Positions 43,331-55,493 are shown, counted from the first letter of the stretch. The stretch is 64,000 nt of DNA from an uncultured Nitrososphaerales archaeon (GCA_963713605.1 CAVQMO010000010.1:1056001-1120000); one strand, 5' to 3'. The notes: generated from the sequence alone by a model not told the origin. A program made the numbers and translations.

Positions 43331-44635
43331 GGAGCTGATTTGTTTAGGCTAGTAGTTTCGGACGAAAGATATTTTCTTTCAATCAAATCCAATATTTGTG
43401 CCGCTATCTTATCTTTTGATTGAATCGGTAAGTGTACGGTGCTCTTTTGTCGATCGATTATGTAGACTTCATTATTATCTGATCCAAACCCTATAGTCCC
43501 TTTTCCGACGTCATTTGCTACAATCAGATCCGCTCCAGATTCTAGTAGTTTAGTGTAAGCCTTTTCAATAAGGACTCTCGGTTCTACGTTATGCTCAGCC
43601 TTAAATCCAACCAAGAAAATGTCATAATTACATACCTTCTTTACTTTTGTAATAATTTTGTCGACCGGTACAAGAGTGATTTCTACCTTTCCTAGAGAAC
43701 TTTCGATTTTGTTCTTCCATTTCTTTGCAACAGAAAAATCAGAAGTGGCTGATGTAAGGATAACTACATCAAATCTCTTCTCAGATAGTTTGGACATTAC
43801 TAATTCAAACATCTCTTGAGCTGTATTCACCCTTTGAATTTCCATGCCTTGAGCTTGTAGGTAAGTGCCAGGATCCACCGATCCATGTCCATAGACTAAG
43901 GTCACACTTGCCCCTCTGCCGCATGCCTCCTTTGCAAGTGACATACCCATCTTTCCCGAACTCATATTCATGATAACTCGAACTGGATCAATGTATTCAG
44001 CAGTACTTCCAGCAGTAATCAAGAAGCTCCTTCCTGCCAATTTTTTGTTGTTGCCCAATTGATTGTTTAGAACATACTCAAGAAGTTCATTGGCAGCAAT
44101 CAGTTTGGCTTTTCCCTGTTCAATCCGCGGCTCCAGAAATTCTACTCCGTTTGCTTTGAGCTTGTTGATATTCTCCTGTATGATCTTATTGGAGTACATC
44201 GCTTCGTGCATGGCAGGACAGATAACAATTGGGATACCGGATCCAAGTGCCACAGTTAGGACAGAAGTCACAACCGTGTCATCTATTCCACTAGCTAATT
44301 TTCCAAGCGTATTAGCGGTACACGGGTAAACTATAACCATGTCAGTAGTATTTCGATCACCCAATGAAATATGTTCCAAATTACCGGTCAATTCAGTAAC
44401 TACATCATTTCCTGTTGCCCATTTCATCATCTCATTGGAAACGAATGTTTTTGACGTCACATGATTCATGGCTGCGAAGACCTCTGCTCCATGCTTAATC
44501 AACAATCTAGCGACGTCAATGGCCTTGTATGCCGCAACACTGCCTGTAATGCAAAATATAATGCGGATGCCTACTCAGCTCTTCTCCTTCAGTACAGTAA
44601 ATGTCTCTAGTTGGACGATACGAATACTTTTTCAT
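43327..44635 (-). CDS. coaBC: Bifunctional phosphopantothenoylcysteine decarboxylase/synthase, 5' frameshift
   Basis: CITGSVAAYKA, PCTANTLGK, PAMH, IDPVR, SSGKMG, VGFKAE, IVANDV. Confidence 0.93.
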
Positions 44636-45525
44636 TTGGTAACTCGAAGACTGCATTCATTCAAAAATTCTCCATATTCCTTAGAATCCATGTGGATAAC
44701 ATTCTCATTGCTGGGAAATATTCCTGATTTTACCTCCCGCGAATAGGTTTGAACAGAAGCGGCAATTAATTGATTTAAATCCAGATACTTCTTTACAAAT
44801 CTTGGCTTCAACTTTTGATAGATTCCCAGCATGTCATAAGTTACTAATACTTGACCATCGCAAATAGGTCCTGAGCCTATTCCTATAGTTGGTATCGATA
44901 AATTCTTGGTTATTATTTCGGCGGCTTCAGTAGTTACCATTTCAAGTACAATACTAAATGCTCCTGCCTTTTCAATAGACTTTGCATCTTGTAAGAGTTT
45001 TAGGGCTGATTCCTTGGTTTTTCCGGCAGCATTTGATGAATTCCACATGCTCGAAGTCTGAGGTTTGTATCCAATATGTCCCATAACAGGTATCCCTATA
45101 TCAACCAAGGCTTTTATTCGATCAAATATTTCTTCCCCGCCCTCGACCTTAACTGAGTCCGCTCCGGCCTTGATCAATCTTACTGCGTTTGAGATGGTCT
45201 TGTTGATGCTATTTTGGTATGATCCAAATGGCATATCTACAGTTATCATTGCTTTATTTGCGGCATTGGATACAGCCTTACAAAATAGTAACATTTCTAC
45301 CATATTAACTGGCCGTGTGGTTGGGTATCCAAGCATTACCATTCCTGCACTATCTCCTACGAGTATTATGTCAATGTCACTCGTGTCAATAATTAAAGCA
45401 ATTGAAAAGTCATATGCAGTCAAAACCGCCAGTTTTTCTCCTTTCTTCTTTGTATCTACGATTTCGAACACCGTTTTTTTTCTAGATTGGTTGCTAAATG
45501 GTTGCACTAATTTCAGAACCTCCAA
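44632..45525 (-). CDS. panB: Ketopantoate hydroxymethyltransferase
   Basis: LTAYD, LVGDS, DMPFGSY, VKVEGG, GHIG, GIGSG, DGQVLV. Confidence 0.96.
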   Translation of the reverse strand: MEVLKLVQPFSNQSRKKTVFEIVDTKKKGEKLAVLTAYDFSIALIIDTSDIDIILVGDSAGMVMLGYPTTRPVNMVEMLLFCKAVSNAANKAMITVDMPFGSYQNSINKTISNAVRLIKAGADSVKVEGGEEIFDRIKALVDIGIPVMGHIGYKPQTSSMWNSSNAAGKTKESALKLLQDAKSIEKAGAFSIVLEMVTTEAAEIITKNLSIPTIGIGSGPICDGQVLVTYDMLGIYQKLKPRFVKKYLDLNQLIAASVQTYSREVKSGIFPSNENVIHMDSKEYGEFLNECSLRVTK

Positions 45526-46263
45526 GACGAATGAGTCTTAGGCTTTCATTCAAATTCCTAATATTGTCAAATCTACTAATCATGTCTGTTAAAGAATGTC
45601 TATTCTTGCTTTTAAACTCCAATATGGTCCGAATCAAAATGGGGATTACCCTGACAACGTTATCAACTATGCAAATAGTAGCATGGACTGCGGTCCTTGA
45701 GAGTGGATTTAGATCAACTGCTATTACCTTTTTACCCATTCTTATCAGGGCTTCAGTCCTATCTCCATCTTCTAGAGGAACAAATACGGTGTCAGCAGCT
45801 GCAATCCCCCTTGGATCAATGCGCTTTCGTTCTCCATTTAAGTTGGGAATAACTGCAGTCCTATCTCTGCCTACTCCTAGAACGTCTGTTGCTCCTAATC
45901 TTTCGAGATGATTCCTTATTGCGCGCTCTCTGCGCACTGAATGATAAAATAGATTCACCTCGATCAGTGCCCCGCATGCTCTACTCAGCTCTACTATCTC
46001 TTTTCCACACAGAGTAGCAAAATTCCCGTTCACAGATATGATGGGATGGCTAGAAGTAAGTAAGATGGCCGACAGGCAGCGTTGATAGCCATGATGGCAC
46101 TTCGGGTTGTTTTCTCGCCTATTAGATAGTCAAAGGTCTCTCCCCTTCCATATGCAATCAGACCTTCTTCAACAACAAGTCCATCTTTTAATCCATCCAC
46201 GAGCATTTCTCTTATTCGTAGTGACACTGCTCTCGGATGATCCTTTGGAATACTAATTCGCAT
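45494..46263 (-). CDS. Phosphopantothenate synthetase (archaeal PPS), frameshift ~46060
   Basis: HPRAVSL, GRGETFDYLIGE, SVNGN, EVNLF, VPLEDGDR, DLNPLSRT. Confidence 0.9.
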
Positions 46264-47202
46264 ATTTACATTCGCATATCAGTCTTGCGCCCATCGAATC
46301 AATGTTAGCTTCGATAATCATTCCATCAAATTTACTCAGACATGATCGCACCTCTTTTGCTCTTTCGCGTCGGACAATCGTGAACACAGTTTCACCGAAT
46401 AATGCAATACTGCATTTGAATCCTTCAGATTTCAGAGCTCTAATGGGTTCATTGCAAATGCCATTGGTCAAGCCCAATGCATTAGCAAGACTAAAGGATG
46501 AATCCAGAAATCCGTCTATGTCATCCATTAACTTTAATCTATTCAACAGACTCTCTAGAACAGCAATTCTTATCACCTATGTTCATTAATTGGTTACTCA
46601 GCATCGTCTTGGTTGATAGCGGCGAAATGCATAGGATAGTTGCAACGTAGCCGTTAAGTTCCTTTCTCAACGTCAGTCCCTTTCCAGGTGCACCTGGTTT
46701 CAACCGAATTTCGTACCCCCCTACATATAACGCCGCAACTGTACCTAGCCCTGTTTTGCACGCAATATCTGCGCAATGAGCTACCTAAGCCGCCCTCTAC
46801 CTTGCTAAGGCCTATATTCAGCGAATTGTTTAAGGCATAGGAAAGGCTCACCGCCGCTGCGCCACTTGAGCCAAGACCAAATCCAATCGGTATCCCAGTG
46901 GTGTGACTAATCTGCAGAAAAATAGGCTTGTCAATTAGATTGAGATAGTACTCTGCAACATACGATGATACAGGTGCCTCTTGCACTTGAATACCGTCAA
47001 TAGAAATACAATAGCCTTTGGTTTTAGCTTCAAAGGTGGTAGCAGTCGTGGTAATGCCCCTAGAAATTGAAAAACCCGCACCTATTGAACCCGTACTAAG
47101 AATATCTGTCTTCTGTGGTTCTGCAGGAGCAAATATACCTGTTACGTGTCCGGGACTGAATGCCGTAGATGTAGCAACGATATCTGAGAGTAACGTAGCC
47201 AT
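46253..47202 (-). CDS. Pantoate kinase (GHMP family, PoK), several frameshifts
   Basis: FSPGHVTGIF, GSIGAG, GFGLGSSGA, LFGETVF; lies in the CoA operon. Confidence 0.88.
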
Positions 47203-47269
47203 AACTTATTTAGAATTTATTGATAATATAAGAATAATGTTTAATTAGTTTAAATATGTTTAAATTTAA

Positions 47270-48270
47270 ATGGTCTCCTACGCTCGCCGACTTCAGAAAA
47301 TAGGAAGTAGCACGCTTGTATCACTGCCAGCTAATTGGGTCCGTCAGAATCAACTAAAGAAAGGTGATACCATTCTAATGGAACTTAGCAATGATAATTC
47401 AATTGCCATAATTCCGTCAAATGACAGGGATGGAATCATCCGGGGATTTGGTATCGGTTATCCCGCTAGGGTTGTAGATATTCTCATTAACCAGTTATTC
47501 GGAGCTTACCTTTTAGGGTTTGATAACATTAGGATCAAGGCTAGAACCCCAATAGACTATGAAGATCGGGAGAAAATCCTAACTGCCTCAAGTAAGCTAG
47601 TAGGACTTGAAATTGTTGACGAGGATAGCCTCAACATCAACTTTCAATTCCTTATAGATGCTAACTCACTAGATGCCGCGAAGATTCTCCGTAGAATGAA
47701 TGCAATAATCAAAGGAATGATGAGGGATGGGCTTAAGGCTATAGTGAACAAAGACATGAAGCTAATAAAGACTCATTGCAAGACGAGACGACGAAATCGA
47801 TAGACAGTACTTTCTTGCTGGTTCGTCTGATCAGAAGTGCAATGCTAAATCAACGAATTGCACGCAAACTCGATCTGAGCAATATCGACATTCTCGATTA
47901 CAGAGTAGCGGCGAGCTACCTAGAAAGCGCTGGTGATTATGTTTCAGAATTTTCGTCCTCAATACCGAAATTATGGGGAACTGGAATTGGAAATGATATT
48001 GTAGAAGCTGGCATGATCGTTGACAATATGCAGCACAGAGCTATAAGCGCATTTATAGCTAAGGACGATTTGCTGAGCGAGGAAGTAGTGACGATGTACC
48101 TAAAATTCTCAAAACTATCTGTTTCTATAAAAGAGAAGTCCACTAAGGGCTCACAACCTGACCCAAACATTTCGATTCTCAACTGCGTCTATTCTATGGA
48201 CCGGATTGCTAAATGTTGGGTCGACATTGCGGATCTTGTAAAACCAGGATATCCAAAATCACAAATTTAA
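47270..48270 (+). CDS. phoU: AbrB-PhoU phosphate uptake regulator, frameshift ~47775-47800
   Basis: RRLQKIGSSTLVSLP, AYLLG, DEIDRQYFLLVR, LESAGDY, DRIA...DIADL. Confidence 0.85.
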
Positions 48271-48563
48271 GAGTCCAATTGAATCTGTTCCCCATGCAAT
48301 ATTCCTACTTAATTGAAAATGATAAACCAAAGATGCGAGATGATGGTCAATTTTGCCCTAATCGTTGATGAGTTCTCAATCACCTCTGTCTAACCTGATA
48401 GTATGCAGCCAATAAATTTAGCATATGCTCTGCGTTCTTCTTCGAGGAGCTCAGTTGAATGAATGAACGAATGAAAGGAAATAATCTTTAGATCACAGTT
48501 GCAAATCTTGCGCGCACAAAACCAAATGAAGAATAAATAATACTACGCCTTATATGATGCCAT

Positions 48564-48996
48564 ATGCCCCCAACAGAAGGGAATTCCCTCGGAAAAAAAT
48601 AAGTCTATCATAAAATCATTTATTGAAGAGATTTTCAACGAACACAATTTATCATCAGCCGAAAAATACTTCGGTCAAGATTCTGTTGAAGGCATTCCTC
48701 AGGCAGGGCAGGGCGTTGAAGGATTTAGACAGTTTTCAACCGCATTCTTTAAGGCATTTCCTGACATGCATACAACGGTAGAACTTTTCGTGGCAGAAAA
48801 TAATCATGTGATGGTATTTCTAAATGGATCTGGAACTCACATAGGCAAGTTTCACGGTTACCAACCTACACACAATAAGGTGAACATCAGATCCGCAGGT
48901 CTGTACAAAATATAAAATGATTTAATTACTGGGCATTGGGATGTGGTAGATCACCTTGATTTGCTAAAACAAACTGGTGCATTACTTCCTGGGTAA
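48564..48996 (+). pseudogene. SnoaL-like ester cyclase (NTF2 fold) with frameshift and in-frame stop
   Basis: NKSIIKSFIEEIFNEHNL...AFPDMH...GTHIGKFHG..PT...LYKI*NDLITGHWDVVD. Confidence 0.8.
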
Positions 48997-49563
48997 GAGT
49001 ATTAGGAAACGGCAGACTCATTAGGTATGGTGCGAGCTGGGTCTGTCGGTATTTAAATCAGAAAGTCAGATTTGGATTTGCGCAAGGCGACGGGGTGTGT
49101 CATACACCCGGCTCCTAAAAACTTCAGCAGTCTTATAGATAAATGAATTACTGAAATCTGGAAATTATAGTGATATTTCTGCTAGTATCGCAAAAATCAA
49201 TTTTCCTTTATTACAACCAGGATGTAACCCAAATCATCTTATTCGATGTGATGGAATATTTAGTTTATAATTTTATACAATCGGAGGACGGTTTTTACAT
49301 GAGGCCATTAGTTTGTCAATTTTTACCTAATGGTGTAAAAACCTATAAATAACAAATTTGATTGGTATTAGTAGTATTAGTGTACAGTAATAAAGCATGT
49401 TGGGTAAGCTGTGTATGTAGCTGTCCTTCTCTATCTACTTTTATGATATGTCGAATTTAACTTGTTATTAAATACATCGAACAATTCTGTGTTAGTATAC
49501 TTATTTTTACCTTCAGTATTCTTATGACCGTAATCGGTTCTTATGTGCAAGATGAATATCACT

Positions 49564-49619
49564 TTGGACTCTAAAAGAATACTCCTTGGACTCTAAAAGA
49601 ATACTCCAACGTGTATTCT
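49564..49619. promoter_or_regulatory. 22-bp tandem repeat overlapping an inverted repeat, just upstream of a TATA box
   Basis: (ttggactctaaaagaatactcc)x2 at 49564-49607; AGAATAC-N8-GTATTCT at 49598-49619; TTTATATA at ~49633. Confidence 0.5.
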
Positions 49620-49656
49620 CTTCTAGTAGAATTTATATAAAAATGCTTATATACTA

Positions 49657-51398
49657 TTGTTATACCCAGGTACTTTGAGTAACTTGAGAAACAATGTTTT
49701 TTCATACATATTTGTAGCAATACTAATGGGGGCACTTGGACTTCACGTAATACCAATTAATCAGGTATTTGCGTCCACTGGTGCATCCTCAGCCGCAGCA
49801 GCGGCAGCAGGTGACGCCGCAGCAGCAGCCGCAGCAGCAGCTGGTGGTTCAGCGCGCGCAGCTGCAGCCGCAGGTGACGCCGCAGCAGCAGCCGCAGCAG
49901 CAGCTGGTGGTTCAGCGGCGCAGCCGCAGCTGCAGCAGGCTCAGCAGCCGGCAGCAGCAGTAGCAGCAGGTGGCGGTTCAGCAGCCGGCAGCAGCAGCAG
50001 CAGGTGGAGCGAGCAGCAGTAGCGAGCAGCTGGTGGTTCAGCAGCCGCAGCCGCAGCCGCAGGTGAAGCAGCAGCAGCCGCAGGCAGCGGCTGGAAACGA
50101 TCCAGCAGCAGCGGCCGCAGCAGCAGCAGGTAACTCCGGAGCCGCAGCAGCAGCAGCAGCCGCAGCTGGCAATGGTGCAGCTGCAGGTGGCAGCAGCAGG
50201 CTCAGCAGCCGGCAGCAGTAGCAGCAGCCGGTGGTTCAGCAGCAGCCGCAGCAGCAGCAGGCTCAGCAGCGGCAGCAGTAGCAGCAGCCGGTGGTTCAGG
50301 CAGCAGCCGGAGCAGCAGCAGGTGGAGCAGCAGCAGCCGCAGCTGCTGCTGGAGGAGATCCTGGCTCAGCAGCCGCAGCAGCAGCAGCCGGCAGCAGGTG
50401 GTTCAGGAGCAGCCGGCAGCAGCAGCAGGTGGAGCAGCAGCAGCCGGAGCAGGCAGCGGGTGGCGGTGGTTCAGCAGCAGCAGCCGCAGCAGCAGGTGGA
50501 GCGCGGAGCAGCCGCTGGAGCAGCAGCAGCGGGTGGTGGTTCAGGCAGCAGCAGCCGGAGCAGCTGGCGCAGCAGCGTCAGCAGCAGCCGGAGCAGCTGG
50601 TGGTGGTTCATCAGCCGCCGGCAGCAGCAGCAGCAGCAGCGGGTGGTGGAGCTGCAGGCGCAGCAGCTGGCTCAGGAGCAGCAGCAGCCGGAGCAGCTGG
50701 TGGTGGTGCTGGAGCGGCAGCAGCAGCCGCCTCAGCAGCCGGCAGCAGCAGCGTCAGGCGGAGCCTCGGCTGGAGCAGGAGCAGCAGCAGGTGGTGCGAG
50801 CCGGAGCAGCCGGAGCAGCTGGCGGGGATGCTGCTGCAGCAGCCGCAGCAGCAGCAGAAGAGAATGGAGCCTCGGCCGCAGCAGCAGCAGCAGCAGGTAG
50901 CGGCAGCAGAGCAGCTGCGAGCAGCAGCAGAAGATGCAGCTGCAGCAGCTGCTGCTGCTGGAGGAGATGAATCTACAGCAGCCGCCGGAGCAGCAGCTGC
51001 TGCTGGAGCAGCTGGTGCGGCAGCAGCAGGAGGCGCAGATCCAGAAGAAGCAGCCGGCAGCAGGTTCTTCAGCAGCAGGTGCAGCAGAGGAGTCTCAGAG
51101 AAACATGGTAGCCGCTGAACAACCGGTTATAGATAACATGGTAGCCGCTGAACAACCTGGCGCAGCACCAGCTGTTGAAGCTGAACCTCCTGCAGAACAA
51201 CCTCCAGCTGACGAACCAGAACAACCTCCAGCCTGACGAACCAGAACAACCTCCAGCTGACGAACCAGAACAACCTCCAGCTGACGGCGAAGGCAATGGC
51301 AATGGTGACGGCGAAGGCAATGGCAATGGTGACGGCGAAGGAATGGCAATGGTGACGGCGAAGGAAATGGCAATGGTGACGGCGAAGGCAACAATTAG
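49657..51398 (+). CDS. Secreted Ala/Gly-rich low-complexity (silk-like) protein with acidic Pro-rich and GNGDGE-repeat tail; many indels
   Basis: Signal peptide ending QVFA, then AAAAAAAAGGS/GD blocks hopping frames, (EQPPADEP)n, (GNGDGE)n, TAG at 51396 and T-tract. Confidence 0.75.
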
Positions 51399-52087
51399 TG
51401 GAAACAAAACCCACTTCCTTTTTTTATAATTAATACTTGAATGAAATAGATTCGAACCCCTTTTCTTCTCTGTGATTCAGAACGTTAATTCTTACTTAAA
51501 GTAGACTATGTTTTATGCCAATAAACAAACATCTGAAACTTTCCACATATTCTTTTTCAAGTTGCAGTTCTTCCTGATAACGAAGTACCTCCTGAAGGTA
51601 GAGCACCTGTGAAGGAGAAGAAGGCGGAGTCTCCTATGCCACACGTTAGACATTGTAATTTAATCATCTAGCTGATGATCGTCTGCTCTTTAAAGATGCA
51701 ATTTAAAGGGAATAGATAGTAGCGATTAGGGCAGGGGGGGCCGTAGATCCTATTGAAGCAAAAAAGAATCGGATTTTCTATCTGTCTCAGAAAGGCAACT
51801 ACTAGCCAATCAAGGAATTCAGTGCTGGCACAACATATCACTCTGCGAGTTTTTGTCTGGTAGTCCGATTAAATATTACCATACTTATAATTCGTATGTA
51901 TCCTTGACTGACTTCGTATCTAATTATTCGTAACTGTAGGTAAAAGAATGTTTTCACAGGATTAAGATTGCTTAATCAAAATTTCCCAAACACATTCATG
52001 TTTGTGCCTGACAACATGGGTTTTCACCCAATTTTATAAATTGTGGTTTATGTTGTTTTTCTTTTTCGCATTAGATGATGATTTAAA

Positions 52088-52969
52088 TTGTCAGAGAACC
52101 CTTGTGAGCCAAAAAATTCTGTAATGGATTACATATTTGGCCAGACTCTCAAAGATGATATAACAGTGTTGGTAGACCCAATCCTGAGTCGAAACGGTGC
52201 ATGTTATTGCGGCACCGGAAATAAATATAAAAACTGTCACTTGAAGCCATTTTATTCAACCGAACATTGTTCATGTAAGATTAGCGAATTTGACACCATC
52301 AAGTTTGAAAATAGGCTTTCACAACAACACTTCGCAGCCCAATTTCATGGAATATTGAGATAGCCGATTTGTTAAAGCCGTTTTCGGATTTGAAAGAAGA
52401 TGATGGATGGGAAAATCGTATTAAGAAGAGATTAAGTAAAATTCATCATAAATTAGACGCGATAGAGTATCACATTGAATCGTTCAAGAAATTTGAAAAG
52501 AATGTCGAACCCGATTGGAATCATATTGTTGAAAATACTACGATGAACAAGATATATGATGATCCCCTGTTAATTTGCAATTTTGAGTCATTTCTTTTTC
52601 AATCGAAATCTTGACTAGATGTTTTTTCTCAGTTACTTGCATATAGTTTCAATGAGAACAATACCACTAATGCCAACAATGGAACCGATCTCATCAACCA
52701 ATTGCGGAAGAAACTGCAGAAGGATAACAGTAAGGAAGTAAGAAGGGTGATTGATGTTATTCAAGGTAGTCGAAACTGGATCAAGGAATAGATTGAAATG
52801 CGTGACGAAGTCGCCCATTTCTCATCTCGAAGGGCTTTCCTGCTTTCTAATCACGCAGAGTAACGAAGCCGACGAATATGTCAGGGTTTATTATCCATCT
52901 ATACCTTCTGGAGAGCGAGTTTCTAAAGTCTGCACCGAGATTGCTTGTCTGTACTGCAGTACAATTTGA
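52088..52969 (+). pseudogene. SEC-C motif plus HEPN-like domain protein, disrupted by several in-frame stops
   Basis: RNGACYCGTGNKYKNCH (SEC-C); FESFLFQSKS*LDVFSQL; WIKE*IEMRDEVAH (RxxxxH). Confidence 0.65.
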
Positions 52970-53033
52970 GCACCTTTTCCTCTATGGTTTATTATAGTCT
53001 CATTAGCGCCTTTATTTTGCTGCTGTCGTAATA

Positions 53034-54056
53034 TTAGTGACTACCATTTCCTGCGGTAGGTATACTTATGAATGGTGTTTCTCCCCCTCCTGCTCCTCCA
53101 CCTACCACTAGAGGCAACTGGCCATCCCATTTCTGGGATTTGAGCCAATCTAGATAGCTAGGACTCTGCCGCAGCTGCTCATCTATTGTGGTTATAGCTT
53201 GTGCTTCACCTTGTGCCTGTAGTACGTTCGCTTGTCTAACTCCTTCAGCTCTAGCAATGTTTGCTTGCTGCTCTCCCACTGCTCTTGCTTCTGCCTGTTG
53301 CGCCTCAATCTCAATTCTACGCAGCTCATTCTGTGCCTGCAATGCCCTCTGTTGGGCTGCTACTTTTGCCTCTACTGCTCTTACGAATTCTGGTGAAAAT
53401 TCAAACTCAGTAATTGATATTGCGTCTACGACGATATTGTATGCAGCTAATCTGGCCCTAATCTGTTGCTCAATCTCTGTTTTGACACTCTCTCTTTGAG
53501 TAATGAGCTCCTCTGCATTAAATCTGGCGGTTACTTGTTTGACCGACTCTTGAATTGCTGGTACAATCACTCTGTTTGCGTAATCAAGTCCTAGATTTTT
53601 GTAAACATTCTGTGCATTATCAGGATCTAGATGATAATTCAGTGCTACCTGTGTTCTTACGTCTTGAAGGTCCCCGGATGCAGAAGCTGCATCCTCTGTT
53701 ATCCTTTGTGTTCTTACTTCCATCTGTACTACATTATCTCTTACTGGAACTACGAAATGAATCCCCTCATTTAATGAACTACTAACGTCAACGGCACCGA
53801 AATTTAACAATACTCCTCTATTTCCAGCGTCGACGATCTTTACACTATTTGTAACTAGGAATGCTACTATGATTATGCCAATTACTGCGGGAATGACTAT
53901 TTTTATGAGTGAGTTTGATCCCTTACCGATTCCAGGTCCTCCTGATCCTCTACGAAAAAAACCACCTCCACCTGGAAATCTGTCACCCCCACCTGTGTCT
54001 TCAAGGGGCTCCCCTTCTGGAGTCATCTTTCTATTTTTCCCTGGTTTTAAGTTCAT
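53034..54056 (-). CDS. Prohibitin/SPFH (band 7) membrane protein
   Basis: Single TM, EGIHFVVP, DLQDV, ESVKQVTARFNAEELITQR, AVEAKVAAQQ, KWDGQLP. Confidence 0.92.
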   Translation of the reverse strand: MNLKPGKNRKMTPEGEPLEDTGGGDRFPGGGGFFRRGSGGPGIGKGSNSLIKIVIPAVIGIIIVAFLVTNSVKIVDAGNRGVLLNFGAVDVSSSLNEGIHFVVPVRDNVVQMEVRTQRITEDAASASGDLQDVRTQVALNYHLDPDNAQNVYKNLGLDYANRVIVPAIQESVKQVTARFNAEELITQRESVKTEIEQQIRARLAAYNIVVDAISITEFEFSPEFVRAVEAKVAAQQRALQAQNELRRIEIEAQQAEARAVGEQQANIARAEGVRQANVLQAQGEAQAITTIDEQLRQSPSYLDWLKSQKWDGQLPLVVGGGAGGGETPFISIPTAGNGSH

Positions 54057-54565
54057 AGTGGTTGTAACTTTTGAGAAAACCCATGTCCAACATCGATAGG
54101 TATATTGTCATGATGTAAAGCAGTTTGAGATATCCAGAGCAATTGTGAATGAAAAAAATGCACATTTACTACTTATATACATATGTATATGTAAAGTGGG
54201 GGGAATCTTTCAATCATTGAAGTAGTTTTAAATCAATCGAATTACATTTATTGTTAAATGAGAAGAGATCCCCGAACAGGACTAAATAACGCAGAATCTC
54301 ATCTCATAATACTGTAAGAATAGAAGCAGAGTTGCTTAAGGGATATATCAGTATTGGGACATGTTTTTTGTACCAATTTCTAAGTGGTAGTGGTAATAAA
54401 ATTCGTGCTCCTGCCCTGGTGACAAATAACAATGTTTTAGAAATGCTTTATCCTTAACATTGAATGCAGCAATTGTTGCTGCTACTACCAGTTAGAAAAA
54501 CTGGTGAATCATTTTTGACGCAAGGTTCAGGCTCAAACTAAGGGACCCGAAATAATCATTTGCCA

Positions 54566-54877
54566 CTAGCAACTATCAAACAAAGTACAAAGTGGCTGTG
54601 TGGTGTGTGTTTTAGAACTTGTTTTCGATTCATCTCCCGAACTTGCTTCCGATTCATCTCCCGAACTTGCTTCCGATTCATCTCCCAAACTTGCTATACC
54701 ACCAGTTCCTTCCGTGGAATTGCCTTCGGTCATGTTGCCGCCAGTTGTATTTCCCATAGTCATGTTGCCAGTCGTCTGTGTCGATGCTAGACCAATTCCA
54801 AGACCAGCTATCATTACGGCTGCAGTTGCAATCATCGCCGATATCATAATATGAAGTGTTTGTTGATTCATTTTCAC
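54566..54877 (-). CDS. Small secreted protein: signal peptide, N-x-T-rich linker, TGGIA, GDESEASS repeats, terminal Cys pair
   Basis: ORF translation; paralog at 55494-55715. Confidence 0.7.
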   Translation of the reverse strand: MKMNQQTLHIMISAMIATAAVMIAGLGIGLASTQTTGNMTMGNTTGGNMTEGNSTEGTGGIASLGDESEASSGDESEASSGDESKTSSKTHTTQPLCTLFDSC

Positions 54878-55493
54878 GATATAGAAGTAGGTACTATAAC
54901 CTGCTTATAACCTTGGGTGGTGCGGTGAGGAAGGTGGAGCGGGGACTTCGTGGTGGTTGTGTTTCGATGCAAACAACATAAGTGAACCTGAAAAATATGA
55001 TGAATATAGCGTCAGAATGGAATTGCCAGCATATGCAGACTCTGACGTCGACAACGACTGTGATGACACGCTGTGTTTGATATTTGTAAGGGGAGATAAT
55101 CACTGGCTATCTCGGTTACAGAGGGTTTACAATACCGATTATTAGTAACGGCGCGATGGACGAAGTAGCTGCAGATTGGAGAGAACAGCATTGAGATAAA
55201 TTCTTGAGGTCACCCCGTCGGTGTATGAATCATATTTGACTTAACAATTAGGCTCAGCATTCTATGATACATCGATTAGCAACAGAAGAATAAGGCCGGT
55301 GAAATAAAGATTTCAAACAATTTAAACTCCTTTAAACTCTATAATGGACGTTCGTATATGTATATCACAAGCGATATCTACACACTTTCACGCTCAGGAC
55401 TTTGTTACCCTCTCATTAGTAACAAATTAGTGCTTTGAATTAACTAGGATTTCAATTAAAAAAGAAATAAGGATATTATGACATTGTTTGCTC

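Noticed and set aside
49090..49112. Hairpin gggtgtg-tca-tacaccc as an IS200/IS605 end
   Set aside because: A single short hairpin with no transposase or partner end.
49769..51414. Gln-rich, Ser-rich and antisense ORFs in the low-complexity region
   Set aside because: Alternative frames of the GCA-rich repeat; only the Ala/Gly frame links to the signal peptide.
54905..54960. Possible RNase P RNA start (gaggaaggtgg)
   Set aside because: Lacks the GAGGAAAGUCC consensus and the matching 3' P4 strand.
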